Part shown: piece after piece, positions 11,750 to 24,454 of the stretch
How the letters are laid out: the number at the start of each line of letters is the position of its first letter
Position numbering within the stretch: position 1 is the stretch's first letter
DNA from: Octopus vulgaris
Lineage: Eukaryota
NCBI GenBank assembly: GCA_951406725.2
Contig: OX597815.1
Coordinates: 1,488,001 to 1,552,000 of the forward strand
Reading direction: 5' to 3'
Length of the DNA stretch: 64,000 nt
Translations under genes and position numbers: made by a program
Notes under the pieces: model-generated
What the model saw: the letters and a program-made list of their open reading frames with translations, nothing else
Told to the model about the DNA's origin: nothing
Database searches by the model: none

Positions 11750-12659
11750 AGAAGGGTTTGTGTTTGGAAGTTGCACAGGACCCATAAAAGAAATACAGAT
11801 TCTTGGGGAAACTGATTTTCTCAAATGCCCCAGAGGCTCTTTAAAGGTAGTGGATAATTTCTGCTACCTAGGGGACCGAATTAGCTGTGGGGGAGGAAGC
11901 ACAAAAAGTGTAATTGCTAGAATAAGAAAAGAATGGAGAGAATTCAGAGAGCTTTTACCTCTGTTGGCAACGAAAGGTGTTTCTCTCTGAGTGAAAGGAA
12001 GGCAGTATGATGCATGGATATGAACAGCAATGCTACATGGTAGGGAGACATGGGCCCCGAATTTAGATGACATACAAAGGCTAGAGAGGAATGAAGCTGG
12101 TATGCTCCACTGGATGTGCAATGTAAGTGTACATGTGCAACAGAGCATTGGTGCATTGAGGGGAAGTTAGGCAGAAGAGGGATTAGATGCAGTGTGCAAG
12201 AGAGGAGGCTGTGCTGGTTGTGGGTGGATGTGGACAGTTGCATAGAGAAGTACCAGTCACTTATAGTGGATGGACCTTGTGGAAGAGGGAGGAGACCCAG
12301 GAAGACATAGGAGGAAGTATTGAAGGCTAATCTCAAGACATTGAGCCTTACAAAGGAGATGACTAAGGACCGAGATACCTGGCGCCTTGCTGTACTCAAG
12401 AAGACCCATACTCATCAGCAGAAATGTTAAGGCTGCCCCACCCCTTGGGGAAGAGGATTGGCCCACAAGAGTCTTGTTTCAGTTCCACATAAAAGCACCC
12501 AGAACACTCTGTAAAGTGGTTGGTGTTAAGAAGGGCATCCAGCCGTAGAACCCAAGCCAAATCGGACTGGGGCCTGGTGCAGCTCTCCAGTGGGCCAGCT
12601 CTGGTCAAACTGTCCAACCTATGCCAGCATGGAAAATGGATGCTAAATGATGATGATGA
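11750..12659 (+). mobile_element. 5'-truncated RTE LINE with 3'UTR
   Basis: LKVVDNFCYLGDRISCGGGSTKSVIARIRKEWREFRELLPLL...GRGRRPRKT with frameshifts and stops, followed by a family-A UTR and GAT tail. Confidence 0.85.
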
Positions 12660-12974
12660 ACTGGGGTATCGTTATGTACCCAGCTCAAGCCTTTGTATCA
12701 CCTCCCATGTCCTCACCAACCCCAAAGTCACCCGAGGGCAACTCTCAACACATCTCTGCCATCATCCCTCTCATTATCACTATCTCCAGTTCACTCATTT
12801 CGTTTCCAAGTGGGGGGAATCCATGTATCTACAAGACACCTATCTCTGTCCCCTCTTAAATCACCCAACTGGTACAAATCCACACCACCCACCTTAATAC
12901 TAATCCCCCCTCCCACTCCCAGTTGAATGATCTTTATCTTGCAAGGCACTCGGTGATTCTGTTGGAGTTGGTGC

Positions 12975-13218
12975 CACATACAAAGCACTGGTGCTAGCTC
13001 CACATAAACAGCACCAGTACTGGTGCCACGTAAACAGCCACTCGGTACACTCTGTATAGTAGTTGGTGTCAGGAAGGGAATCCATCTGTAGGAACCATGC
13101 CAAAACAGACAAATGAAACCTGGTGCATCTCTTGGCTTTGCCTGTTCCTATCCAAGCTGTGCAACCCATGTTAGCATGGAAGATGGACATATGATGATGA
13201 TGATAATGATGATGATGA
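12975..13218 (+). mobile_element. RTE-LINE 3'UTR fragment (family A)
   Basis: ggtgtcaggaagggaatccatctgtag...gatgatgat. A further copy lies at ~15293-15454. Confidence 0.6.
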
Positions 13219-14594
13219 GGGCAATACTGGAATGTTGGATCAGTAGAGCACCAAACATAAACCTCTGTGGTATTTAGTTAAGGTCCTTTATGTGTGGGTC
13301 CTGGTTTTTGGCTTCCGCCTCTTCTTAGAGATGGAACCAGTCTCCACACAAGTGGCAAGATTCCTTTGTTAGAATTTAGACAACTTACAGTAAGGCCATC
13401 ATTTAGTGTTTGCTTTACCATGCTGGCATACGTTGGATGGTTTGATCCCATTTGGTGAGCAGCAGAGCTGTGTCAGGTCCCAGCATCAGCTTTGGCAGGG
13501 GTTTTATGAGGACATGCCCAGTGGGTAGGGTGCTGCATTCAAGACTGCTATATTATGGGTTCAATTCCTGGACTGGGTGGTGCACTGTATCCTTAAATAA
13601 AATAATTCATTTCAAGTTGCTCCTGTAAATGGGTAACCTTGTGAAGGGCCAGCCTTGTGAAGGGCCAACCTTCTGATTAGGGGCAATGTCAGCCTACACT
13701 TGTCTAGTCAGTGGGGTGATATCGCCGAGGTTAACTTTGCCTTTCATCCTTTCGGGGTTGATAAATTAACTACCAGTTGCATACTGGGGTCGATCTAATC
13801 GACTGGCTCCTCCCCAAAAACTTTGGGCCTTGTGCCTAGAGTAGAAAAGGACATCATTTGAAAGCTAAAAATGATGCAAAGCGCATTGTGACCAGTGATG
13901 TATAACAAACATCCAATGGTTTGGTCGATATGTGATACTATATATATGGATGTGTGTGTGGTATATATGAATGTGTATAAGCGCATATGTGTGTGTGTGT
14001 GTGTGTGTGTGTGCGGGTGTTTCTGTGTCCATATACTAAGCCAATATATACCAGTGGTTAGATGTTAGCCATGTTTTCCATATTTTTTTAAAGTTTCATT
14101 AATGACTTCTAGCTCTAATTATATAATTAGTTATGTTGTCACTGAAATTATTATGTAGGCAGTCATCTACAATAACCAAGTGATCCAATAACCATATAAT
14201 TGTTTGTGTGTGTACATGTATTTGTTTGTGTGTGTGTACGTATGACAGCATATGGTGTGTAGGCTGTTGTATTTAATGGACAAAGAATGGAAGAGCGAAA
14301 TCTGATGATGTGTCACGAATCAATAAAATTTAATGAGAAAATAAGCAAACACATGGAGGAGACAACTGCTCTGAAGGACACACAGACAGACACATGTTCA
14401 CAAAGACACATACAGAAGGAAGAAAAAATGCAACATGTTAAAGATTCCCATGCGAACAATTTCAGAGAAATGAAGTGAAAAGGCTCCAACTGGGAATTGT
14501 GTCAGGGGCTCTGCACAATGGAACTTGCTTTATGATGGGAGATCAGAACAAGAATTTAAACTGAATGAGGGCTTTTACTCTTTTTAACTCTAAA

Positions 14595-15120
14595 TTAAGG
14601 GGCATTGTCCCTAATTATTTTCGTGAGTCTGAGATCATTAAAACTTAGTGCAATTACTGTTCCATCTAATGTGTTGTTGGTTAATATTTGCAGAAAAGAC
14701 ATAAGCAAGGAGAAGATTTCAGAGGGATGACCTTTAGTGGGGAGAAAGGACTGGGCATAATGGTTAATGTAGGGCAGGAAGATAGTTGGATGCACCATGA
14801 ACAATGGGGTAGAAAGATGGGTTGGTCAGGACTAAGTTGAGTGGAAAAGGTGACAGCCGAGCGGCTGTGAGGAACAGAGGCCATTACAGTAGTGGTAGAA
14901 AAGACAAGGAGAGGAGACATCATGCCAATGGTCCACAGAGTGGCATATCCAATCACGAGAGATGGTCAATCAGTCAACAAGTGGCCCTTCTTTGGATGTG
15001 CTTCAAGACATCTGTGTGTACGTAGGAGCAGCATCACCTCAGAAATGGGAGTGGTACTTGTTGAGTGTCAGAAGCTGTTGGGGGGACTGAAGTATTTTTT
15101 GTCTCTTCTGAAGTGAAGGA
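14595..15120 (-). mobile_element. Decayed LINE-like fragment (unclassified)
   Basis: Homologous to 22550-23010 (PSEIFSLLMSFLQILTNN versus PTRIYSLLMSLLQLLTHN). Confidence 0.45.
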
Positions 15121-15980
15121 CTGGGTTTTGTGATGGGATTCTGTGGTTGTGCTTTTGCCAGAAAAGAACTTCAGTGATAGAGAGAACTTGGTGAGTGCCA
15201 CACGTTTAATGATGTTTTCTTGATGTGAGTGGAGCTTGAGTTTGTTTTTACTATTAAAACAAGTAAAGTTTGAATGTGTGTGAGTGAGTACAAAGTACCC
15301 AGAACACTCTGTAAAGCGGTTGGCATAAGGAAATGCATAGAAACCATAGAACCATGCCAAAATAGGCAGCTGGAGCCTGGACTAACCCTCTGGTTTGCCA
15401 GCTCCATCAAACTGACAAACCCATACCAGCATGGAAGACAGACATTGATGATGATACACACACACACACACATTGTTGGGTAACAACCTGGTGAAGAAGT
15501 ACTCAATACAGATATAGAGTGCTTCATTTATTTAAGCCAGTTCAATAACAGAGTTGGAAGAAGTGTCAGAGTGATTGGTTTGTGATATTTGTTCTGGTTC
15601 TCTCCACTTTGAGTTCAAATCTCAATGAGCACAAGTTTGCCTTTCACCCTTCCAGGGAGTCATTTGATAAAGTACATGTCTGACACTTCATTTCTCTCTC
15701 TCTCTCTCTCTCTCTTTGGTCAGACCTGGGAGTGGGGATGGGCCCCTGTAAGCATTAAGAAAAATGCCCAAACCATGTCACAATAACACTTCTATGATTC
15801 CATCAAAAAGTTGAAGGACCAAGGTATAAAAACAATAATCAGTATTTTATTAAATGCTTCAAACCCCTCAGTTTGGGGTTCAAATCAAATTAATGCTCAT
15901 TTAACTTTCTGTCCCATGGAACGATTAAACAAACAAACCTATATAATTATTTAAAATATTAAAAATAAAATCGTTTGGAT

Positions 15981-16201
15981 CAGAGGTTCTCAACCATTTT
16001 TTCGAATTCCTATTTCACTCTGGCGGATCCTCGTAGCCATTCCATGGTTTTTAAAAACACTATTATATTTTTATAATTAAATATTAGAAATTATATTAAA
16101 AAAAACTTGTTAAAATATTTTGTATATTGTTGAAATATATCAAATTCCTCGTACATAAATTTTACAACAATTCTGAGATGGACCCTAGTTGAGAACTGCT
16201 G
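15981..16201. mobile_element. hAT-type MITE
   Basis: TIRs cagaggttctcaac / gttgagaactgctg with an 8-bp TSD gtttggat / gtttagat (one mismatch). Confidence 0.85.
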
Positions 16202-17595
16202 GTTTAGATTGTTGCATTAAAAGACGGTCCGGGGTTTCATAAGAACGTCTACAGACCACTGAGTATAAATTCCTGTCCTATTATTAAGGTCGGCGTAATA
16301 AGACACGACTAGGTTTAAATACCAAACTTTAATAATTTCACCAATAGACAGATATCACTTGTAACCAGTATTTTCATTCTACGGTGAAGATATTTCCATA
16401 TTTAGTGGGACACCACTTCTCGATACCAAAGAGAAACTGGGCCACAACTCTATAAAGAAGTCACTGTAAACAGATAAAGGCGAGACTGCTCTGTCTCTCT
16501 CTCTCTCTGCTCCGCCACCGGGTTTCGTATTTAGGACGATAAGAAAGCAATGGCTATTGATGGATGAAAACACAGATCCTGGTCAGGAAATTGCTGAATA
16601 AACATGACGTAGTTATGGATATAGGTCAACTGTAATTATTAGACTTATTTCGTGAGAACTCAGACGGGCTTAGAGAATACCTGATGAAGAAGGGGGAAAG
16701 GATCTGCAACTTGGCAACTGTTTCGTTCTGGGAAGGAATTTTTCAGCTTAAAAATTTATTTTCTTTTACATTTTTCCCCCACCCCAGTTCTGTGTCCATT
16801 TCCGATATAAATGTTTCACTAAAGCACCTGTCTCGTGAGACGGGTGTCTTTCGAAAAAAATACCTTAATATAACAACACCTAACCTTAGCAAACACAAAG
16901 AAAAAGGTGCTATGCTAGAAATAGCAATCAAATATCCTTAAATCATAGCGTAAAATCTATAAATGAGGAAGAACATCTAGTAACGAAGTTCTAGTACAAA
17001 AACATGTATGAGAGGGAGGCAGGATGATCATGATTGGAACGTCTGGTTATGAAGTTCTTAATGATACACACAAAAATGTATTTCTTTTTATGAAATCAAC
17101 TTAATTTTTAAAAAATTATTTAAAATTCCCCACAAATGGTTTAAATAGAGTTTTAACGGAAAGATTTGGAAGAATTAAATGAAAGTTTTCCGGTAATTTT
17201 CTTCCATGTAAATAAATGTTTGTTAATTGAAAGATTTGCCAGCAGAATCTTATAAAATGACAATTTTCTTATCTAAAAGATGTAATGTTTGTATGTTATA
17301 TAGGAAAAGAAAAACTGTATTCAATATATAAAGATGTGTGAGGGGCGAGGAAGAAGTATTGGCGAGGGCGGGAGTCGTTTTATGAGGAAGACGATGCGAT
17401 TGTTTTGACTTTCTGTGGAAACGGTAAAGGCTACCGAGAACTTGGGGAGGATCTTTCCATTTCAGGGTTGGAACACCCGAACCTGTTCTACACGCCACTC
17501 ACGTTTCGATGGCAACCGCAGTGAATGCCGGGCTCACCCCACAGCATCAAATGCGTGTGAGCATCTATATACACACACACACACACCAACATAGT

Positions 17596-17640
<45 letters not shown>

Positions 17641-17644
<4 letters not shown>

Positions 17645-17809
17645 CTTTACTACCCACAAGGGTCTAAACACAGAGGGGACAAATAAGGACAGACAAACGG
17701 ATTAAGTCGATTACATCGATCCCAGTGCGTAACTGGTACTTAATTTATCGACCCCGAAAGGATGAAAGGCAAAGTCGACCTCGGCGGAATTTGTGGGTAG
17801 TAAAGAAAT
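17641..17809 (-). mobile_element. Truncated MetaSINE/MESC-like SINE (family B) capped by an inverted copy of its own tail
   Basis: Family-B 3' half. atttctttactacccacaa at 17641 is inverted at ~17791-17809. Confidence 0.75.
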
Positions 17810-17857
17810 ATATATAAACCTGCCTTCGTCTTTTGTCTATTTTCATAAAGCTTCCCG

Positions 17858-17908
<51 letters not shown>

Positions 17909-19177
17909 CGTGTGTATTAATCTGTACCTGTAGGTGTACGTGTATGTATATGTTTGTGTTTGTGTAACGCGTAATTGGCAAACAATATTATCAAAGGAAG
18001 GCATCGCTACACAATTAACAGAACAAATATATAAATTGTGGTGGAGGTGACGAGAGATGTTAGAAGGTGAAATAATTAAAAACCAGACAGGTAACTACGC
18101 AAAATTTCAAGCTCGACGCCAAAGGCCAGAATGCTCCAAGTTATTCTTGCTATAATGAAAACCTTATCCAGAGTGACACACAGACAGACAGACAGATGCC
18201 GTGTGGTCTTGATAACCACAACATATTATTGTTAGCAATAGTCCCTGGTTGCATATTAACAAGTTGTCAAATGTATAGGGACCTACCCAAGCTCACACCT
18301 CCTGCACACACAGAGAGATTGAGAGAGGGGTGGGGCAATCACCCGAAAATGTACAGAATAAACAGCCAAGCAATATCACACAAAATCCTGCATTTCCAAA
18401 ACCCCATTCCATTCCTGTTTACATTATCAGAAATATCCTAATATTATTTACCACTTGGTGAGGCGACAAACTGGCAGAATCGTCAGCACGCCGGATAAAA
18501 CGTTTAGCAGTATTTCGTCCGTCTTTACGTACCGTGTTCATATTTCGCTGAGGTCGAATTTGATATTCATTCTTTCGGGGTCGATAAAGTAAGTACCGGT
18601 TGAAGATTGGGGTCGATGTGATCGACTTATCCCACTCCCCTAAAATTGCTGGCCTTGTACCAAAACTCGAAACCGATATTAATTACTACTTAATAAATGA
18701 GATATTAACAAGATTGTCAACAGCAAACACTTGTTCTCTGTTGGACAGAGACGTTTGATGGTGAGATTTGTTAATATTTAACCACAAATACGACAGACCA
18801 GTTCCTAAGACCCTTCTAAAAGCGGTTCAGCAAGATTTTTTTTTTTTTTGTATATTGATGGCTAAATTGACCAACGTGAGGAGATTTGGTTGTTGTATCG
18901 AACAATTTGAGCGAACACTTAAGGGTTCCCTCGTTGGGTTAGTGCCTTCAAGTTTTAACATGAAATGTACCGAAGTACAAGGAGCTCATACAAATGCTGG
19001 AGTTTGTCAACAAAAGGAGTACTCAATGCTTGATGTAGAGTATTGTTGGTTTAAATATTTTTCTTGCGATTCGACTTTTAAATCTGACGATAGCAGTGAC
19101 ATGAAACCCAGACGCCAAGAATTACACACAAACAGATATATATACATACATGTATACTATACGCACACATTATTGTG

Positions 19178-19226
<49 letters not shown>

Positions 19227-19941
19227 GCCAATTACATTTTTTTTACGCCATTATTTGCGTTATGAAATACGCTTTTGTCATTCATCCGTCTCCTTTGAAG
19301 CTGTCAGAGATATTCCTGGTTTGGATGTCTGAAAATTCAACCCTTAACTACCAAAAACAATATTCCAGCACCAAAACAATTCACAGCCTCTTCCTTAGAA
19401 TTTCTGAAGACTTCAAAGAATTTAACGACAATGGAATAGACACAGAGAGGTGACATCTTGATGGGATCGATCTGCTCCCTCCAGGATCGATAAATAAGCA
19501 CTTGACACACGCAAGACTGCTTTATCTTCACCGACCTCCCTTTCAAATATGCCGACTTGTGCGTCAATGTAAGGCAATCGATATTTTGGAGCTTAAAATA
19601 AAAACAGATTTTTTTTTTGTAGTTGTTGACACGGATCTCTTCAAGAATCGTATTTGTTCGTGCAGTGCAACCGTCCCAGACTCTCGGCATTCTATTGAAA
19701 TGACCAACAACTGGAACAAGCGCGCGCGCGAGTGTGTGTGTGTGTGTGTGTGTGTCCAGGGTGCGGAAAAAATGCCACCCCCCCCTTATTTCACATTGGT
19801 ATTGATGAATCTAGGAATCTCTTTCGTCGCACCCTCAATATATTTATATATTTATAGATATGATGAAACAAAGTAAAATAAAACTCATATTTTCCGCTAC
19901 CATTCGTGTGAAACAGGAACGCTTTTTGTCGCATACACACA

Positions 19942-19991
<50 letters not shown>

Positions 19992-20815
19992 TTTTTTAAT
20001 AGAATTGTAATTCGTTAATGAATAACATTTTTCTCTTATTATTATTATTATTTTTGTAACTTTCGTCCTGTATTTTGTCCTTAAATGTTTTATTTGAATT
20101 TTGTTAGCCCTTGTGGCCAATAAACGGGAATTAATTATTATTATTCCATGGGAGAACTTTTCCAGCATTGATTATATCCATATATTTCTACTAATTTTGT
20201 TTTCCCTCGGCTTTGCGTAATAAAATCTTTCTCAACACACACGAAATAGCTGAGTGATTTTGTGTAAAAAGAAGAAAGAAAAAACACTTCCATCACACAA
20301 CAGAAATAAAATTCTTCCGGTGGAAAAGTTTCCAAAATAACAGGTATCTTTCGAGGAATCTTTCGATGTCGAAAAATCGCCGAAAATTACCACGGAATAA
20401 TTTTAGCAAGAGTGTTTTTAAAATATTTAATTTATTTTAGGTTCTTAAGCGTGTCTCTTGAACATTGAATATATGATTAAGGGCTTTTCCCTAGTTTGTG
20501 AGAATTGTCAGAATTCTATATCCACAAAATTAAATCGATTTATGATGTAATATAAGTGCAAATTACCAAGAAAAAAACCCCTCAAAAAACGCATTCTATA
20601 CTTTTTATAACTGGTTCTAAAATGAATATATATATAGGTATATATAGATTGTCATTAATCCGTAAGTAAAATATTGAGGATGATCAAGTTTACGTATTTA
20701 AAATGCAAAGAAAGAGGAAACGGCCGAGATGCATTTCGCCCTTAATTCCATTTAAACTCGTTGATTGCTAAAATAATAACCGAAATGATTAAAGAGAGAG
20801 AAAAAGGCGACTTAC

Positions 20816-21060
20816 TTGGGTTGAGGAATATAAACGGTTGAGGTGTGTGTGTTGTTGTTCCGAAGGTATTTAATGTGAAAGCGAAAGCCGCGGCTGGAAC
20901 TAAATATTTGTTGTTTGGTTAAAGGTACTCGGCAATAAAAAGGGTGGCGACTGTGGCGGGAGGCGGCGGAGGCGGTGGCGAAAGTGCTGTAATCCAACTC
21001 AATTAAGGTCGGTGGAGAATGAATTAGGTGACGTCATGCATTTCGACGTATTACGTCCCC
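20816..21060 (-). promoter_or_regulatory. Candidate promoter and non-coding first exon of a minus-strand gene
   Basis: GC/CpG-rich unique patch. It has a consensus donor CAA|GTAAGT at 20816/20815, a full CRE TGACGTCA at 21029-21036 and the palindrome GACGTA-T-TACGTC at 21045-21057. Confidence 0.45.
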
Positions 21061-21552
21061 AGAAAGTGAGTAGAATCAATAACGGAGAGAGAGAGGGAGT
21101 GAGAATGGAAACGAGAGAGAGAGAGAGAGTCGAAGTTAGAAAGAGTAATAGAGAGAGAGGGAATCAGAGAGACAGTTAAAGAAACAGAGAGAGAAGGAGG
21201 GAGACAGAGAGACAAGAGAATGAGAGACAAAAAGAGGAGTAATAGAAAGAGTGTGGATACATAGCTGTATATATGTATGTGTAATGTAGTGTATGTATAT
21301 ATATGTATGTATGTGTATGTCTGTATGTGTGTGCGTATGTATGTGTGTGTATGTATTATGTATGTATGTGTGTGTGTATATATATATATATAATGTATGT
21401 ATGTGTGTGTGTGTATATATATAATGTACGTATGTATGTATGTATGTATGTATGTATGTATGTATGTATTATGTATGTATGTATGTGTGTATATATATAT
21501 AATGTACGTATATATGTATGTATGTATTATGTATGCATGTATGTGTGTACGT

Positions 21553-21587
<35 letters not shown>

Positions 21588-21820
21588 GTATGTATGAATG
21601 TATGTATGCATGCATGTAGTATGTATAGGCATACCTACACAAGTGTGCCCTACTGACTTTGTTTCCTCATATCTTTCAGAAAAATGGATAATTTCTAATG
21701 AAATTTTCTAAATAACTTTAAATTTCTTCTCCGTGAGTGGGGAGAAGAGTTTTGGGAAATTGACACGAGTCGGCTTTGCTTCCCCATAACCTCCTTTTTA
21801 CAAGTACCTTTCAGACGGTA

Positions 21821-22048
21821 CGGCGAGCTGGCAGAGACGTTAGCACGCCGGACGAAATGCTTAGCGGTATTTCGACTGCCGTTACGTTGTGAGTTCAAAT
21901 TCCGCCGAGGTCGACTCTGCCTTTCATCCTTTCGGGGTCGATAAATTAAGTACCAGTTACGCACTGGGGTCGATGTAATCGACTTAATACCTATGTCTGT
22001 CCTTGTTTGTCCCCTCTATGTTTAGCCCCTTGTGGGTAATAAAGAAAC
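21821..22048 (+). mobile_element. MetaSINE/MESC-like tRNA SINE (family B)
   Basis: Head ggcgagctggcaga..., B-box gagttcaaattcc and central gcctttcatcctttcggggtcgataaattaagtaccag. Confidence 0.85.
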
Positions 22049-22378
22049 AGGTACAGTTTACAATTATATCGGAATTTAATACGATACAAAAAAAGTGGGG
22101 GGTATCCATACATACGGCTACGCATCACATACCTCTACAAAATGAAACTAGAGGTTTCGAAAAAAAAAAAAGTTGTGATGTGTATCCGTATTTATGTGCA
22201 TGTGTGTGTGTGTGTGTGTGTGTGTGCTCACTTTTTTTCTTTTCTCATCAACTTTTGATTAAATTGTAATTGACACTACCTGAAAAGTACCTGCATTCTT
22301 TTGCTTAATGTGTGTGTGTGTGTGTGTGTGCGCGCGCAGGCATGCGTCCATGTGCGTGTGTGTGTGTGTGTGTGTGAC

Positions 22379-22422
<44 letters not shown>

Positions 22423-23074
22423 ATGAAATCAGGTGTGTCTAAAAAGAATAAGAAATCCATTTACTTCATAACCGTGAGGTCCCGATTCGATTACACCGTG
22501 GGCCAAATGTCTTTACCAGTCGCTTGAATTGACTGAAGCCTTTTCGGCAAAACTAGATTAATGGGGGCCGTGTGGAATCGCATCGGATGGACTGGGTTTT
22601 TTTTACTTGTTGAGTTTGAGGGGAAGGGAAATGTCGATGGGATCTTGCTGACCCTACGAAACCAGTGGAGCTTGATGTCGTTAAGATTCCAGCAAAATTG
22701 TTGTGGGTCAAGAGCTGCAGGAGAGACATGAGCAAGGAATAGATTCTGGTGGGATTAGGTTTTGTGGGAGAAGGATTGAACCTAACGATTGATGTGAGAG
22801 ATCGGAGGGTGAGAGGTGGAAGCAACAAGAGTGATGCGTGGGTGGGGGGCTAATAACGAAAAGAAGAAGAAAAAAAACGGAGAAAAGAGACAGCGAACTC
22901 GGTGAGCAGAGACTGGACTGTGTCCGTTAGCGGTTAAAAGGCAATCAGTCGAATGGTCCTTGTCTAGATGCAATCCAGGATGTCTGCGATGCGAGTAGAG
23001 TAACAGCAGCAACAGCAACGTCCCAGATTCGGACCGAGTACTCCATTGTGGGCCCCACTTCAGCCTTGAAGAAT

Positions 23075-23340
23075 ATCAGCTTTTGGAGATTGGAATATTT
23101 GCTGGTCTTACAATGTTAAACTTGATGGGCGCCATTCTGAAAGTAAACTCAAATCAAGTGTTTAAGAAAGCTAACAGCATTCCATTGCACATCTACCCCG
23201 TTGTGCATCCGCTCAAGTTCAACCATCCACCCAACAACATCAAACAGTGAACACCGGTGAGAAAATAAATGCAATATCCTCTGACGAAGCTACATTCATC
23301 TGGTCTGCAGCGCACTAGAGACTATTTCAAAGTATTACAA
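23075..23340 (+). mobile_element. Penelope-like RT C-terminal remnant
   Basis: Degraded K.N..P..I, NHPPNNIKQ and ISSDEATF motifs, typical of the PLE RT thumb region. Confidence 0.5.
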
Positions 23341-23656
23341 AGTGCTCCCATGAAGCATCGCCATGATACCTCATGAATAAGTCCTGGGATCGATTTGCTC
23401 GACTAAATGCGGTGCTCCAGCATGGCCGCAGTCAAATGACTGAAACAAGTAAAAGAATAAAATAATTCTAACATCCCATTCCATTTGATCTTCCGGCCGC
23501 GATTACGCGTTGGAGAGAAAGCGTGTCCAACAGACTGTCGTTACGGTTGAGGCACCGCAAACAATGTCACTCTATGTTGCTCTAAAAACAATATAATTGT
23601 CAGCCATTTACAGAGTGCAATGTCAACATCGCACATCTCCTCTTCTACTCCGTCTT

Positions 23657-23690
<34 letters not shown>

Positions 23691-23819
23691 AGAAATCCAG
23701 AGATGGTGTTAGCGACAACACCGCTAATTAGTAACTGGGTGAAATTTAGTTGCCTCATTATAAAAATTATCGAAAGATTAAATTACTATTTGCTTTTGTA
23801 TTTCATTCGCAGAAATATT

Positions 23820-24052
23820 TGTCTCTTTATTGCCCACAAGGGGCTAAACATAGAGGGGACAAACAAGGACAGACAAATGGATTAAGTCGATTACATCGAC
23901 CCCAGTGCGTAACTGGTACTTAATTTATCGACCCCGAAAGGATGAAAGGCAAAGTCGACCTCGGTGGAATTTGAACTCAGAACGCAACGACAGACGCAAT
24001 ACCACTAAGCATTTCGCCCGGTGTGCTAATGTTTCTGCCAGCTCGCCGCCTT
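23820..24052 (-). mobile_element. Family B SINE with TSD
   Basis: Full copy flanked by the direct repeat ttcgcagaaatatt (23806-23819 and 24058-24071). Confidence 0.9.
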
Positions 24053-24392
24053 AATATTTCGCAGAAATATTATTTATTGCCTTTGTTTATTCATATCTCT
24101 TGAGACAAATATGTTATGATATATCAGGATATATCATGAAATAGTTGAGTTCCCATTTGCAATGTGACTACGCCCTTTTAATTACAAAATGCAGCAGTTT
24201 AAGGTTAATTTGGGCTTCGAGAGAGGCGAGGCGGTTTTATTTATTATCACAGTGATCAAACGAAAAATGGCATCGTTAATCCAACGTTGCTGTATTTCTG
24301 ATGGATTGTCCCTCTCACCGACAAAGGAACTTCATTCGAAAAAGGCCCGATTCCCAATTTTCGCAATGATATACATCACCGGAAGACTCGCG

Positions 24393-24454
<62 letters not shown>

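Noticed and set aside
18768-19178. 136-aa plus-strand ORF in unique sequence
   Set aside because: It has a non-ATG start, runs through a poly-T tract and shows no recognisable domain or splice signals.
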